DNA of 64,000 nucleotides. Source: a virus. The notes beneath the pieces were generated by a model, which saw only the letters and a list, made by a program, of their open reading frames with translations, was not told where the DNA came from and ran no database searches. The stretch's first letter is position 1. Each line of letters starts with the position of its first letter. Both the position numbers and the translations under genes were made by a program. Location of the stretch: IMG/VR virus record IMGVR_UViG_3300043449_001732, positions 1 to 64,000 of that record; one strand, 5' to 3'. Positions 26,768 through 36,364 of the stretch are shown here, piece after piece.

Positions 26768-27093
26768 TGGCAAGTCTCAAAAACCGACAAACTTATCTCG
26801 GTGCAGATTACACCCCTGGGGAGGTATCTGAACTGCTTAAGGGAGAGCGCTACACATCCTTTGGTGATCTCCCTTATTCTTTTGGTGGCCTGATCGGCAA
26901 GGATCAGCCAACATACACAAGTGTTGGCTTTGATCGCTTGAGTAAGTTCAAGTCGGAACAGAAGGATCCTGGGAGCATGTTCCAGCGTTTCCTTGCGTTG
27001 CAAAATAACCCCACGTCTTTAGTTGAAAGCAAAATGCGCTTGCCGGCGGGTTTCAACCAGGCTTATAACTTAGCTGCATCGGCAAGTTTTTGA
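26767..27093 (+). CDS. hypothetical protein
   Basis: TAATG coupling. Confidence 0.6.
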   Translation: MASLKNRQTYLGADYTPGEVSELLKGERYTSFGDLPYSFGGLIGKDQPTYTSVGFDRLSKFKSEQKDPGSMFQRFLALQNNPTSLVESKMRLPAGFNQAYNLAASASF

Positions 27094-27164
27094 CCGTAGC
27101 ACTTAAAAGTTGCTTGAGCTAGAATTCTTTTAACAAGGATTTTCAAGGCTGAAGGAGTAGGTAA

Positions 27165-27950
27165 TTGAGCTCGACATCCACGAATAAGCAGCCCCTGCTT
27201 GTTGATCGTCCTTTATTTGATACCGTACGAGTCACGACTCAAACGGTAGGCAGTGCTGCAACCAATACTTTGTTTGTGCAAGGTGGTCAGGCACCGTCTA
27301 TCCTCGTGGACATGGACGCCGAATTAAGCGAAGATAATAACAGTGGTGGTGTCGTTGACTCAATTACCATTACACGTAACGACTTCTACCGTTCTCCCGA
27401 TTACACAGTAAATACAACTACCTCTGGCACGCCCATTTCGCTTGTCAGTGGACAGATTGTTTTAATTACAGCAACCGGTTCCTTGACAGGTGGCGGTGCA
27501 CCCTTCAGTGGCTATGGGTATTACACCTACACAGGGGCAGCTACCCTCACTGGAATCAACACTGCACTTAACTATTCCGGTGGCACTGCATCGGGCTTCG
27601 CCTACAACGGTGTTGCCTACGGTTATCAGCAAGCTGCAACCTTTGTGTTTTACCAGACGCGTGGCACAACGACTCCGATTCCTGGTTCTGGTGATTACAG
27701 AATTGTTTTTGCAAAAACGCTTCCTGCTGGCAGTGGCACGATTGATTGTTCTGACGTGATGCCTCAGCTTGCAGTGCCAAATGTAAGCGCTGGTAACGCC
27801 AATGGGCTAGGCCCCACGGCTCCGCTGCGCAATAAAGGCATCTACCTGGAGCGGGGTGACCGACTTTACGTGGGTGTATTCCCTGATGGTCCCAATAGTT
27901 CTGGCTATATTCCTGGCGTGCACGTTGTTGCACAGGGTGGCTTTTTCTAA
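27165..27950 (+). CDS. putative tail protein
   Basis: T/G-rich beta protein ending AQGGFF. Confidence 0.55.
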   Translation: MSSTSTNKQPLLVDRPLFDTVRVTTQTVGSAATNTLFVQGGQAPSILVDMDAELSEDNNSGGVVDSITITRNDFYRSPDYTVNTTTSGTPISLVSGQIVLITATGSLTGGGAPFSGYGYYTYTGAATLTGINTALNYSGGTASGFAYNGVAYGYQQAATFVFYQTRGTTTPIPGSGDYRIVFAKTLPAGSGTIDCSDVMPQLAVPNVSAGNANGLGPTAPLRNKGIYLERGDRLYVGVFPDGPNSSGYIPGVHVVAQGGFF

Positions 27951-27953
27951 GGC

Positions 27954-29513
27954 ATGTCTCCCAAAGGGGGCGATAAATTTGGATCTTTTGTTAAAGCAAG
28001 TGACGCTGATCCTTTTCGCCTAAAACCAATTACAACAGAGTTTTCCGCTGGTGGCGTACCGAACTCACTCACGGTCGTCAACAGAGAATCTGCATGGTCT
28101 AGATGGCGCCGTGGCTACGAAATTGCCACCGCATGTTTCTATGACAACGCATATGAATACCCGTTTAGCTACGTAATTCCAGTCCCAGCTGGGACACCTG
28201 CTTCTGTTGCTGCAGCACAACCGACAATCCCTGGCACATTCATCGGGTTTCCAACTACCAACAAAGAGTTTGGAATGCATTGGGCAGGGACCCGCTTGGC
28301 TGGATCTCTTAGGTGCGACAACCTGGTTGATCGAACTACTGGCACCAGGCTTTACATTGAAATGGTGACGGAGGATTCATCGTACTGGTACGTCAAGCTG
28401 GCCGGTAATTGGAGCACCAGCAATCCACTACCCCCGCCGTTCTACGTGGCCCTTCCAGGCGTTCCTAACGGCCTCAGAGCGATCAACGGGGAGATCCTGG
28501 AGGACCGCGTCATCACCGTTAACGCGCCTCCAATTACCAAAGATACAATTGATCCCACAACTCAAAAGCGTTATGGCTATATACAGGCAGTCATTGTTGA
28601 AACATTTCCATTCACTGGTATTTTGAAGCTTCGTAAGGCGGGTTCAGTTGAAGCAACCCCAGATGCAAACCTTGTTACTCCAGCGACCAAAGGACCAACG
28701 CCAAATAGATATCTAATTACAGGCGCAAGATACTGTTGCTCTTGTCAGGATTTTTCAAGGCGTGACTATACGTTTATGCAAATGCTGGGTGATAAGCCAA
28801 AACGTTTATTTCCAAGGGTAAGTATTGCATCTGTTAAGCCTGGACGATATGAAAAAACAAAGCTAAATGGACGTTTGGACAATAGCGCCATGACAAGTGC
28901 AACGGTAAATCGAAAGATGGATATTATTGCACCTAGTTCTCAGTATACGGTTCCTCCTGAAATCAACACCATATCAACAGTAGAGCCAGGTGCCACAAGG
29001 GATTTTCCTGGAGTATTCCGCGACTTTGGCGCTACCTACACAAGAAGCACAGCAGATCCTTTCATCCCTGGCTCCAGGGCAGAAGGCATGCCTTTATATA
29101 ATGACTATTCTTCAAGCAATGGTCAGATAACATCAATCACTGACTTTTGGTCTCCATTGCTTGATGAGATGCGTTACTGCAAGCATATCTACGCCATGAA
29201 GTTTGGCGAAGGTAGCTTTCCGCCAGAGCCGTCGGACTTCCCTGTGGAACAAGGGAGTATGGCTGCATGGGAGCAAAAACTCGTTGACAAAACTGAAAAC
29301 GAGCAGCAAGAGTTAATGGCAGCCGATCTTTCTCGTCGCTCTTTATCCATGATGGATGTGCCGCCATACAACTGTCAGTCACCCATGATGATGCCAATGA
29401 TGCAAAAGCTGTTTAATATTCCAGCCAACTTTGTAATGATGCAAGGTTTTACAATGTATGACAAGGATGGAACAGCATACAAGCCATCCCTGGGCCAATT
29501 ACCAGCATCGTAA
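27954..29513 (+). CDS. protein with a split SWIM-type zinc finger
   Basis: CSCQDF ... CKHIYA. Confidence 0.6.
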   Translation: MSPKGGDKFGSFVKASDADPFRLKPITTEFSAGGVPNSLTVVNRESAWSRWRRGYEIATACFYDNAYEYPFSYVIPVPAGTPASVAAAQPTIPGTFIGFPTTNKEFGMHWAGTRLAGSLRCDNLVDRTTGTRLYIEMVTEDSSYWYVKLAGNWSTSNPLPPPFYVALPGVPNGLRAINGEILEDRVITVNAPPITKDTIDPTTQKRYGYIQAVIVETFPFTGILKLRKAGSVEATPDANLVTPATKGPTPNRYLITGARYCCSCQDFSRRDYTFMQMLGDKPKRLFPRVSIASVKPGRYEKTKLNGRLDNSAMTSATVNRKMDIIAPSSQYTVPPEINTISTVEPGATRDFPGVFRDFGATYTRSTADPFIPGSRAEGMPLYNDYSSSNGQITSITDFWSPLLDEMRYCKHIYAMKFGEGSFPPEPSDFPVEQGSMAAWEQKLVDKTENEQQELMAADLSRRSLSMMDVPPYNCQSPMMMPMMQKLFNIPANFVMMQGFTMYDKDGTAYKPSLGQLPAS

Positions 29514-29743
29514 TGACAACACCGAACTTTGGAGATGTTGTAGACAGTGCTTTTATTTACTCCGCAGAGCAAGATGATGTACGTAAGTACGGCTTCAGTG
29601 ATATCCAGGTAAGCGGTCGCCCTACCATCTATCACGCAGGAGATGTCGTACACCTGCCTTATGTGTCTGGTGAGATATCAACAATAGAAGCTGTGGGTCT
29701 TGCCTGGTCTGGTTATGTGAATGGCATCCCACCAGAAGAATAG
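29513..29743 (+). CDS. hypothetical protein
   Basis: TAATG coupling. Confidence 0.65.
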   Translation: MTTPNFGDVVDSAFIYSAEQDDVRKYGFSDIQVSGRPTIYHAGDVVHLPYVSGEISTIEAVGLAWSGYVNGIPPEE

Positions 29744-29750
29744 ATAAAAT

Positions 29751-29773
29751 AAAAGCCCCGTCAACGCGGGGCT
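29751..29773 (-). terminator. intrinsic terminator between convergent genes
   Basis: AGCCCCG/CGGGGCT stem with a T tract on the minus strand. Confidence 0.7.
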
Positions 29774-29793
29774 CATGTACTCAAGTGTGTTTA

Positions 29794-30012
29794 TCACACA
29801 GCCAGGGGTTGTTTTTCAAGCTTATCAAGGCGCTTGCGGACAGCAGCAACATTCCAACGATAGCTATCCCTGGAACGGGTTTCAGGAAAAGCAGCGTAGT
29901 GGGGGCCAAGCTTCAGAGTGCCGTCGTCGCGGTACTGGAAGAGGGTCTTGCGGTCAATACCGAGGAGTTCTTCCACACGTTGCGCGGAGACCCATCCAGG
30001 GTGCTTAGCCAT
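29794..30012 (-). CDS. MerR/excisionase-like winged-helix protein
   Basis: WVS...V.ELLGI.RKTL..YR..G.L..G.HY. Confidence 0.75.
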   Translation of the reverse strand: MAKHPGWVSAQRVEELLGIDRKTLFQYRDDGTLKLGPHYAAFPETRSRDSYRWNVAAVRKRLDKLEKQPLAV

Positions 30013-30147
30013 GGCTCAAGAAGCTGTCTACGCCATAAGCTTATCAGCCGTCAAGAGGCCGTCAACAGCTTTAATAAAGTCTTTATCTCTTTATTTTCTC
30101 TTTGAAAAGTGAGGTGAAATTAAAATAGATTAACAGCACACAAGAGC

Positions 30148-30510
30148 ATGTTCAATTGCGAACAGGAACCCCTCGCCCTGCTCATTGAATTAACTCCGAA
30201 GCTCGCTAAAAAACGTTACCGCCAATCCATATACGATGCCTGGGATTCAAAATGTGCTTATTGCGAAGAAGTTGCTACTTCCCTAGACCACATAATCCCA
30301 AGGTTTAAATCTGGGTCTAGCAATAGAAATAATCTTGTGCCTGCATGTAGCAGGTGCAACACTTCCAAGGCCAGTACTAAGGTGAATGAGTGGTTTGAAA
30401 AACAAGAATTTTTTACACAAGCTAAGATGGATAGAATCAACTCTTGGATTAAGCAAGAACCTATCGACGTTTTTGTTTACCAGGTAGATACTTTATCGGT
30501 GGCGGTTTGA
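30148..30510 (+). CDS. HNH endonuclease
   Basis: CAYC..SLDHIIPR..G...NLVPAC..CN..K. Confidence 0.9.
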   Translation: MFNCEQEPLALLIELTPKLAKKRYRQSIYDAWDSKCAYCEEVATSLDHIIPRFKSGSSNRNNLVPACSRCNTSKASTKVNEWFEKQEFFTQAKMDRINSWIKQEPIDVFVYQVDTLSVAV

Positions 30511-30511
30511 C

Positions 30512-33256
30512 ATGGGACTTTCGTATGACCCTGTAGCTAAAAAGTGGAATATAAGCTATGAAAAAGTCGACAACAAAACAGATTATCCTACAAACCTGCA
30601 AACCAATGCGCCTACAAATTTACCAACCAATTTACCCACCAGCGTAACCAAGCAGGTTTTTGTTACCAAGTCAAGGAATGTTCCCGCACAGGAAACGTAT
30701 TCTCAATATGATTCTTGTGCAAGCAGGGATTATAAAGGTGCTTGTCAGCCAGGATTTGTTCAAAGGACAAGAATGGTAACCAAAACTGAATATTATAGTG
30801 AATGGGAAAATCAATATGACGCAGCAATGTCTCAGCAAAATCAAATGATAAATGAAAACAATGCAAAAACAAATGCTCAAAATGCAAAAGCAAATGAAAT
30901 AAATGCAGCCACAAATCAATCAAACATTAAATTAAACAAAGAAAATGCTAATACAAATTTAAATAACACAAAATTAAATCAAGCATATGACAAAACAATT
31001 AGTACCGCCACTGGTACCAAGGGGGGTGATTACGTGCAAATGCGTGATCAAATTCGAAAATTAGATGTAAACGCAACTACAAAAAGCGCACTAGAAAATT
31101 ACTACAAAACCTTCTACCAGACTGAAAAACTACAAAAGTGGGACACAGCACTTGGTGCTAAACCTCAATATGGCACCTTTGATCCCAACTACTACAAACA
31201 ACAAAATCCAACAGTTGAGGCTGCGTGGAAGGCTGCTGTAGCCAATGACGACATTGATATCACTCAACGATATGGTGAGAACGCTTATTATCTGCAGCAC
31301 TACACAGCTCAGGGTAAACGGTCTGGTTTAAGGGGCAACGCTCCAGAGCAAACGTCTGCCGCCCAGGCCTATACAGAAAAGAAGCCTACAGATGCAGACT
31401 TGCAACAGGTTAGAAATCTTCAATTAGGCGTGGACACCAATACACAAACTCAACGCTTGCTCAATATCCCTGAGATTGCAGCTGAGTGGGAAAAGGCTAA
31501 AAACGGAGATCCCTACTGGGCACAACAGGCGAAGGATAAGTATCTAAATCCCGACAAGCCGGATGAATTTGCGGCGTTATTTAGATTGTCTGAGCGTCCA
31601 GAAGACAAGCAAGTAAGTTTGCAATACAACGTAAATGCAGGTTATGGCGTAACGGAATTAGAGGACGCAATCAATGAAGCTGTTGGTGATAAAGCAACAG
31701 TGGATGTCAAGCGGTTTGGTGCTTTAACGCAAGACGCCTTAAAAACAACTATTGCTGAAATGAAGAAAGCAAAAGGCAAAGAGCAAATGCTCAGTCTTTT
31801 GGGAGGATTTGGTGGCTTTAGCGAGGTCATGGACATCAATAAGGAGCTCACTAACAGCATCATGGGCGACTCTGGGGTTGGTGGCATGCTTTCCTTTATG
31901 TCAGGAGGCAAAGCCGAGGAGTCCCTGGAGAAAAGCCTTCAAAATATCACAGGCGTAAAGAACAATGTTACGTATAACTGGCAACAATGGTTTGATGAAA
32001 CACTTAAGAAAAAATATGAACAAGATTTGGAACTTGGCTACACAACAGGGGAAGCCAAGGAAAACGTAAAGATACAAGCAGATTTTGCTCGTAATTTTAT
32101 TGATAAGTATTTAACACCGCGGTTCAACACCTCCCGTTCAATGGATGAGTTTGTTGAATACTTGGATGTGCGCCAAGAAGAGCAAAACCCATTCCAGACG
32201 CAAGACATCTTAAACGCAACGAATCAAGTTGCAAACTTAAGAGCGCAGATGTATTTGGACCAGTTAAAAGCATCTTCTGATCGTTACTTTAACTCAGACT
32301 TTTACTTCAATCCAACCGGAGACAAGGCGAGGACTTCCAACTACGCAGAACAAGCAAAAACCGTAGCCTCTGACTGGGAAGCAGCTAAGAAAGGTAATGC
32401 ATACTGGGCGCGGCAGGCATATCGTTTTGGCGTGAATATTAATGACAAGGACGCTTTTGCGCGCATGCATTTTCAGGTAAAGGGCCAGGGGCGTGGCTAT
32501 GACGGGGCAGAAGACATTCTCAACGCCGGCAAGGTGCAAGATGAGATCTACTCAAAAATTCTTCCGGCTCTTAAAGAAGAAGCTTTGAAACAAGGCACTG
32601 TCTTTGGTCAGTTTGTGACCCCAGAAGAGTTTACCGACGAATTACTGAAGGGCCTGGATCCAGCAGACAAAGAGTCTTGGGATGAGGTTCTTAAACGGTA
32701 CGGTATTACAGACTTCAAGGGCACAATTGATGAGCTCAAAGAGTACGTAACGGAAACACTGCGCACTGGATCAGCGCAAAAAATTAGGGAAGAATTAAAG
32801 TACTTAAACGAAAAGCGCAAGAAACCAACGCAGCAAGTGCTTGGTTTGACTTATATTGAGCGACCCGAAGATTATAAGGACCAGCAGGCAAAGCCATCTA
32901 CCGAGCTGTATAAAACATTTCAATCTGCTGGTTACCAGGGTACAGAGGATGAATTTTATGAAAAGTTTTTCCCTGATCTAGACCGCTCTGAGCAAACGTT
33001 ACTAACGAAAGCAGGCTCTGATTCGGCACTCAAGATACAAGGATTAGACATGAGTGACCCCTTTGCATCCCTTGGAACTATTGAAAGTTTCTTTGGTGAA
33101 GATTCTTCATCTGAAGAAGGAACTAAGACAACGCGAGATACTGATATGGATAGTTATTTTAAACTGGGATTAGATGACGACGAAGATGAAGACTACAAGT
33201 CCAAAACAGGTAGTCAGATTCTCGGTGAGTTCACATCTATGTTTAAGGGTCTCTGA
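30512..33256 (+). CDS. large putative virion protein
   Basis: 914 aa; repeated F(D/N)..(Y/F)Y...H(Y/F)...G..G modules; Asn-rich N-terminal segment. Confidence 0.55.
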   Translation: MGLSYDPVAKKWNISYEKVDNKTDYPTNLQTNAPTNLPTNLPTSVTKQVFVTKSRNVPAQETYSQYDSCASRDYKGACQPGFVQRTRMVTKTEYYSEWENQYDAAMSQQNQMINENNAKTNAQNAKANEINAATNQSNIKLNKENANTNLNNTKLNQAYDKTISTATGTKGGDYVQMRDQIRKLDVNATTKSALENYYKTFYQTEKLQKWDTALGAKPQYGTFDPNYYKQQNPTVEAAWKAAVANDDIDITQRYGENAYYLQHYTAQGKRSGLRGNAPEQTSAAQAYTEKKPTDADLQQVRNLQLGVDTNTQTQRLLNIPEIAAEWEKAKNGDPYWAQQAKDKYLNPDKPDEFAALFRLSERPEDKQVSLQYNVNAGYGVTELEDAINEAVGDKATVDVKRFGALTQDALKTTIAEMKKAKGKEQMLSLLGGFGGFSEVMDINKELTNSIMGDSGVGGMLSFMSGGKAEESLEKSLQNITGVKNNVTYNWQQWFDETLKKKYEQDLELGYTTGEAKENVKIQADFARNFIDKYLTPRFNTSRSMDEFVEYLDVRQEEQNPFQTQDILNATNQVANLRAQMYLDQLKASSDRYFNSDFYFNPTGDKARTSNYAEQAKTVASDWEAAKKGNAYWARQAYRFGVNINDKDAFARMHFQVKGQGRGYDGAEDILNAGKVQDEIYSKILPALKEEALKQGTVFGQFVTPEEFTDELLKGLDPADKESWDEVLKRYGITDFKGTIDELKEYVTETLRTGSAQKIREELKYLNEKRKKPTQQVLGLTYIERPEDYKDQQAKPSTELYKTFQSAGYQGTEDEFYEKFFPDLDRSEQTLLTKAGSDSALKIQGLDMSDPFASLGTIESFFGEDSSSEEGTKTTRDTDMDSYFKLGLDDDEDEDYKSKTGSQILGEFTSMFKGL

Positions 33257-33543
33257 TGTCAGACAAGCATAAAAAGGCAGCCTCTGCTGCAAACCGCTAC
33301 CAAAAAGACAAGATGGCTTGCAACAAGCCTCAGCGTGCGCCCAAGGGTGATAAGCATAAGTATGTTGTCAAGGCTTGTCAAGATGGACGAGAGGGCATTG
33401 TGCGTTTTGGTTTGCGTGGATATTCAGATTATCTTTCGCACAAGGACGAGGGAAGGCGTGCTAACTTCAAGGCCAGGCACAACTGTTCCGAGAAGAAGGA
33501 CAAACTGACTCCCGGATGGTGGGCCTGTAATTACAACTGGTAA
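33256..33543 (+). CDS. conserved basic phage protein (VRFG..GY.D...RR..F.ARH.C)
   Basis: recognisable motif. Confidence 0.75.
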   Translation: MSDKHKKAASAANRYQKDKMACNKPQRAPKGDKHKYVVKACQDGREGIVRFGLRGYSDYLSHKDEGRRANFKARHNCSEKKDKLTPGWWACNYNW

Positions 33544-33548
33544 CAACA

Positions 33549-33674
33549 ATGGCAAAACCAAAGTCCACTGCATTAGTTAAAATTGAATCGCGTCCCAAAC
33601 GCAGCAAACAGGGTGACGGCAAGCACTCCAAACCCAGCCATGGCCGCAAGCTAAGCAGGGGACAGGGCAAGTGA
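33549..33674 (+). CDS. 41-aa basic peptide ending RGQGK
   Basis: fills the gap; C-terminus typical of small phage peptides; not in the ORF track. Confidence 0.65.
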   Translation: MAKPKSTALVKIESRPKRSKQGDGKHSKPSHGRKLSRGQGK

Positions 33675-33693
33675 TTTAAATTATTGTGTATGA

Positions 33694-34377
33694 TTGGGAG
33701 TAACAATAGTTGCTCCCATGTCAGATCTTTCTCGTGCGATTAACTTAATCCGCAAGTACGAAGGCTTTAACGAAAAAGCCTACCCAGATCCGATTACGGG
33801 CGCAGAACCTTACACAATTGGATACGGAACTCAATTCTATCCAGATGGATCTGCCGTTAGACGCGGGCAGTTCTGCACCATGGAAAAAGCACTGGAATAT
33901 CTATTCAATGAAGTCAGTATTATCGAAACACAGTTAGATAAATTAAACCTTGGCCTTGACAACGTGATGCGTCAGGCGTTGATCTCGTTCGTTCATTCGA
34001 TTGGCTGGGAGCCTTTCCTTTATAGTCACGTAATTGACTGCGTTGAAAACGAAGACTTCTGTGCGGCAACAGAAGAGATGGGCCAATGGATTTTTGATGC
34101 CGACCATCACGTCGTTGGCAACCTCCTAGACCGACGCAGGGAAGAAATCAATTTGTTCCTGGAAGACTTGGATGAACACCCTTGGCCCTCCAGTGAAATC
34201 CTCCTTGGCGCCTTTAGGAATTATTCAGCTTCTCAGCATGAGATCAACGCGATTCGGAAGCTGGAAGAACGGATCAGTCCTTATATCCTTTCTGAATTTG
34301 CCAATGAGTTTTGCAGCGGTAACAACCAATGGTTAGACAATCCTGCAAAGGACTACGATTCCGTCTTTAGCAGCTAG
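33694..34377 (+). CDS. GH24 lysozyme
   Basis: I.KYEG....AY.DP....TIGYG; L..RR.EE..LF; start probably MSDLS. Confidence 0.85.
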   Translation: MGVTIVAPMSDLSRAINLIRKYEGFNEKAYPDPITGAEPYTIGYGTQFYPDGSAVRRGQFCTMEKALEYLFNEVSIIETQLDKLNLGLDNVMRQALISFVHSIGWEPFLYSHVIDCVENEDFCAATEEMGQWIFDADHHVVGNLLDRRREEINLFLEDLDEHPWPSSEILLGAFRNYSASQHEINAIRKLEERISPYILSEFANEFCSGNNQWLDNPAKDYDSVFSS

Positions 34378-34388
34378 GCTTAGAATAA

Positions 34389-34703
34389 ATGAAAGAAAGC
34401 ATGAACAGCCGAATGGAGCGTTCAGTTGAACCACGGGAATTTGAACTTCCCTTAGAGCTTCAGTTCTCCATGCGTAAAGCTGAGCTTGCTGCTCAAGAAA
34501 TGACATGGGATGATCTGTACGCAGCCCTGTTGAACCTCTACCATCAACGCCTGATGGAGTGGTATGCGGTCAAAGAGATCATGGCGTCTGAAAATATTGA
34601 GATTGACTTTGACATCCCCACTGACTTGGAGCTAGCAGAACTCGCCGCCGCATGTGTATACGACGACGAGGATGAGGATGAAGACGATCTTCAGCCGTTC
34701 TGA
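34389..34703 (+). CDS. nblA: NblA-like phycobilisome degradation protein with acidic tail
   Basis: L.LE.QFS.R......EM..D.....L..LY.Q.L matches the NblA pattern. Confidence 0.65.
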   Translation: MKESMNSRMERSVEPREFELPLELQFSMRKAELAAQEMTWDDLYAALLNLYHQRLMEWYAVKEIMASENIEIDFDIPTDLELAELAAACVYDDEDEDEDDLQPF

Positions 34704-35185
34704 GTTTCGTTGACAGTAATTAGGCGGTCCAAGTACCACTGTGCTTTCTTAAGGTCTTGCACACCGCCTTTGTTTCGCCAGCGCCACGTGTACTTGACGC
34801 AATTACCGCGCAGATAACCCTGGAACTCCTCTGCGGTTAGTTGTGCTTCAATCGCATCGATGCATTCAATAGCGGAATCTGCGTAGTGAGACGGATGGTT
34901 TACCAGATCCTCCTGGACCACAGGAGCAGTTTCTTTTGTTGCCCAGGGAACTGGGCAAACACCATCCTTACACTCAGTCAAGTCGCTAATTATCGGCGCA
35001 AACCACGGCGAAGACGAGACTGTTCCATCAGCTCCTCGTTCGGCTTCCCCAGATCCAGCACTAATGCTTTGGGTTTCGGTGATGCTCCCATCTCCAGACC
35101 CTGTTCCATTGTTGGAATATAGCCCGTTGCTCCAGGCCGTCCCCCCTCGAGTGCCAAGTTTGTCCGTTCCCTTCCGTCCTGACAT
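34691..35185 (-). CDS. DUF3310 (T7 gp1.7-like nucleotide kinase) protein
   Basis: VNHPSHY..IECID..GN..KY.WR...K.G..DL.KA.WYL. Confidence 0.85.
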   Translation of the reverse strand: MSGRKGTDKLGTRGGTAWSNGLYSNNGTGSGDGSITETQSISAGSGEAERGADGTVSSSPWFAPIISDLTECKDGVCPVPWATKETAPVVQEDLVNHPSHYADSAIECIDAIEAQLTAEEFQGYLRGNCVKYTWRWRNKGGVQDLKKAQWYLDRLITVNETQNG

Positions 35186-35331
35186 AGGGTTAACCCTCTG
35201 TTGTACATATCCATTAAGGGTACATCATTTTCTTCATTGGCGAGAGGTGCGCCAAAATCATCTTCATCAAGACAACGACACTGCAGTTCGTCTTGAACAA
35301 AGCTATCTAAAAAACCAGCGGCTCCATGCAT
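34990..35331 (-). CDS. hypothetical protein
   Basis: 113-aa ORF overlapping the DUF3310 ORF. Confidence 0.55.
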   Translation of the reverse strand: MHGAAGFLDSFVQDELQCRCLDEDDFGAPLANEENDVPLMDMYNRGLTLCQDGRERTNLALEGGRPGATGYIPTMEQGLEMGASPKPKALVLDLGKPNEELMEQSRLRRGLRR

Positions 35332-35345
35332 GGTAGTATCTGGGC

Positions 35346-35747
35346 TTGATTTATTCCTACTACAATCATACTATGGCAGATTTATTTAACTCTAATTACG
35401 ATCCTCGCCAGCTATCAGGAACTTCAGGGGCTGAGGTATCAGACTTGCGTCCTGAGCAAGCTTATGACACTGACCTCAGGCGTGTAGACGCGAGTGAAAG
35501 GAGTTCAGCAGAATCTTTAAACGACAATCAAAATCGTGTAGCCAAGTACATGCGTGCTGCCAAAAGCGCAGGCAAGTTTCGGCAAAGTGCTGGTATTGAT
35601 GAGCCAAGCATCCGAGGTAAAACGCCACGGTCAGAAGCGTCTATCAATGGGACAGTGCTGCCAAGCCTAGGAGATTCAGGTGGGCGCTCCGGAAGCACCG
35701 GATACGCCCGTAAGCCTCAACCACAGTTCGGCAAACCGTTTGTTTAA
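35346..35747 (+). CDS. hypothetical protein
   Basis: start probably MADLF. Confidence 0.6.
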   Translation: MIYSYYNHTMADLFNSNYDPRQLSGTSGAEVSDLRPEQAYDTDLRRVDASERSSAESLNDNQNRVAKYMRAAKSAGKFRQSAGIDEPSIRGKTPRSEASINGTVLPSLGDSGGRSGSTGYARKPQPQFGKPFV

Positions 35748-36343
35748 ACCTGGCTGTACACAACCTCATAGGGTTGATTCTGGTACTTACCCTTGCGATC
35801 TTGATAGCTTGTCTCGCAGGGCTCGCCACGATAAAACAAAAGCTGCGTAATACCTTCGTTGGCGTAGATGCGGTTGAACAAACCGGTACAGTTGCTGATC
35901 TCAAGTGTCAGGTGACCCTGCCAAGCAGCTTCTGCAGGCGTAATATTCACCAAGATACCCGATCGTGCATACGTAGATTTGCCGACTGCTACTACGGTCA
36001 CGTCGCGAGGCAGCTTAATGTGCTCCATTGCCACACCCAAGCAATAGCCATAAGGAGGGAGAAGGAAATACTCGCCCTTCTCATCTTCTAGTAACTCGGC
36101 AGGTTTCAGGATGTTTTCGTCAAAATTTTTAGGGTCACAATCCCCCGCTTGAATTTTGCCAAAAATTAAACATTGCTTGGGAGACAGGCGAATGTCATAC
36201 CCGTATGAACTCAGGCCATAGCTCAAAAGCTTCCTGCCCTCCTCTTTGCTGATCAAGCGATCAACAAACGGCGAAATCATGTCATGCTCTTCGGCAAGTT
36301 GTTTGATTTCCCAGTCAGCAAGGACGCTCATGGTGCTCAGCAA
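35744..36343 (-). CDS. dcd: dCTP deaminase
   Basis: SYGLSSYGYDIRL, GKSTYARSG, TP.E..W.G.LTLEI.N, YANEGI.Q, Y.DRKGKYQ. Confidence 0.95.
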   Translation of the reverse strand: MLSTMSVLADWEIKQLAEEHDMISPFVDRLISKEEGRKLLSYGLSSYGYDIRLSPKQCLIFGKIQAGDCDPKNFDENILKPAELLEDEKGEYFLLPPYGYCLGVAMEHIKLPRDVTVVAVGKSTYARSGILVNITPAEAAWQGHLTLEISNCTGLFNRIYANEGITQLLFYRGEPCETSYQDRKGKYQNQPYEVVYSQV

Positions 36344-36364
36344 TCGTTCTTTAGTATACGGAAC

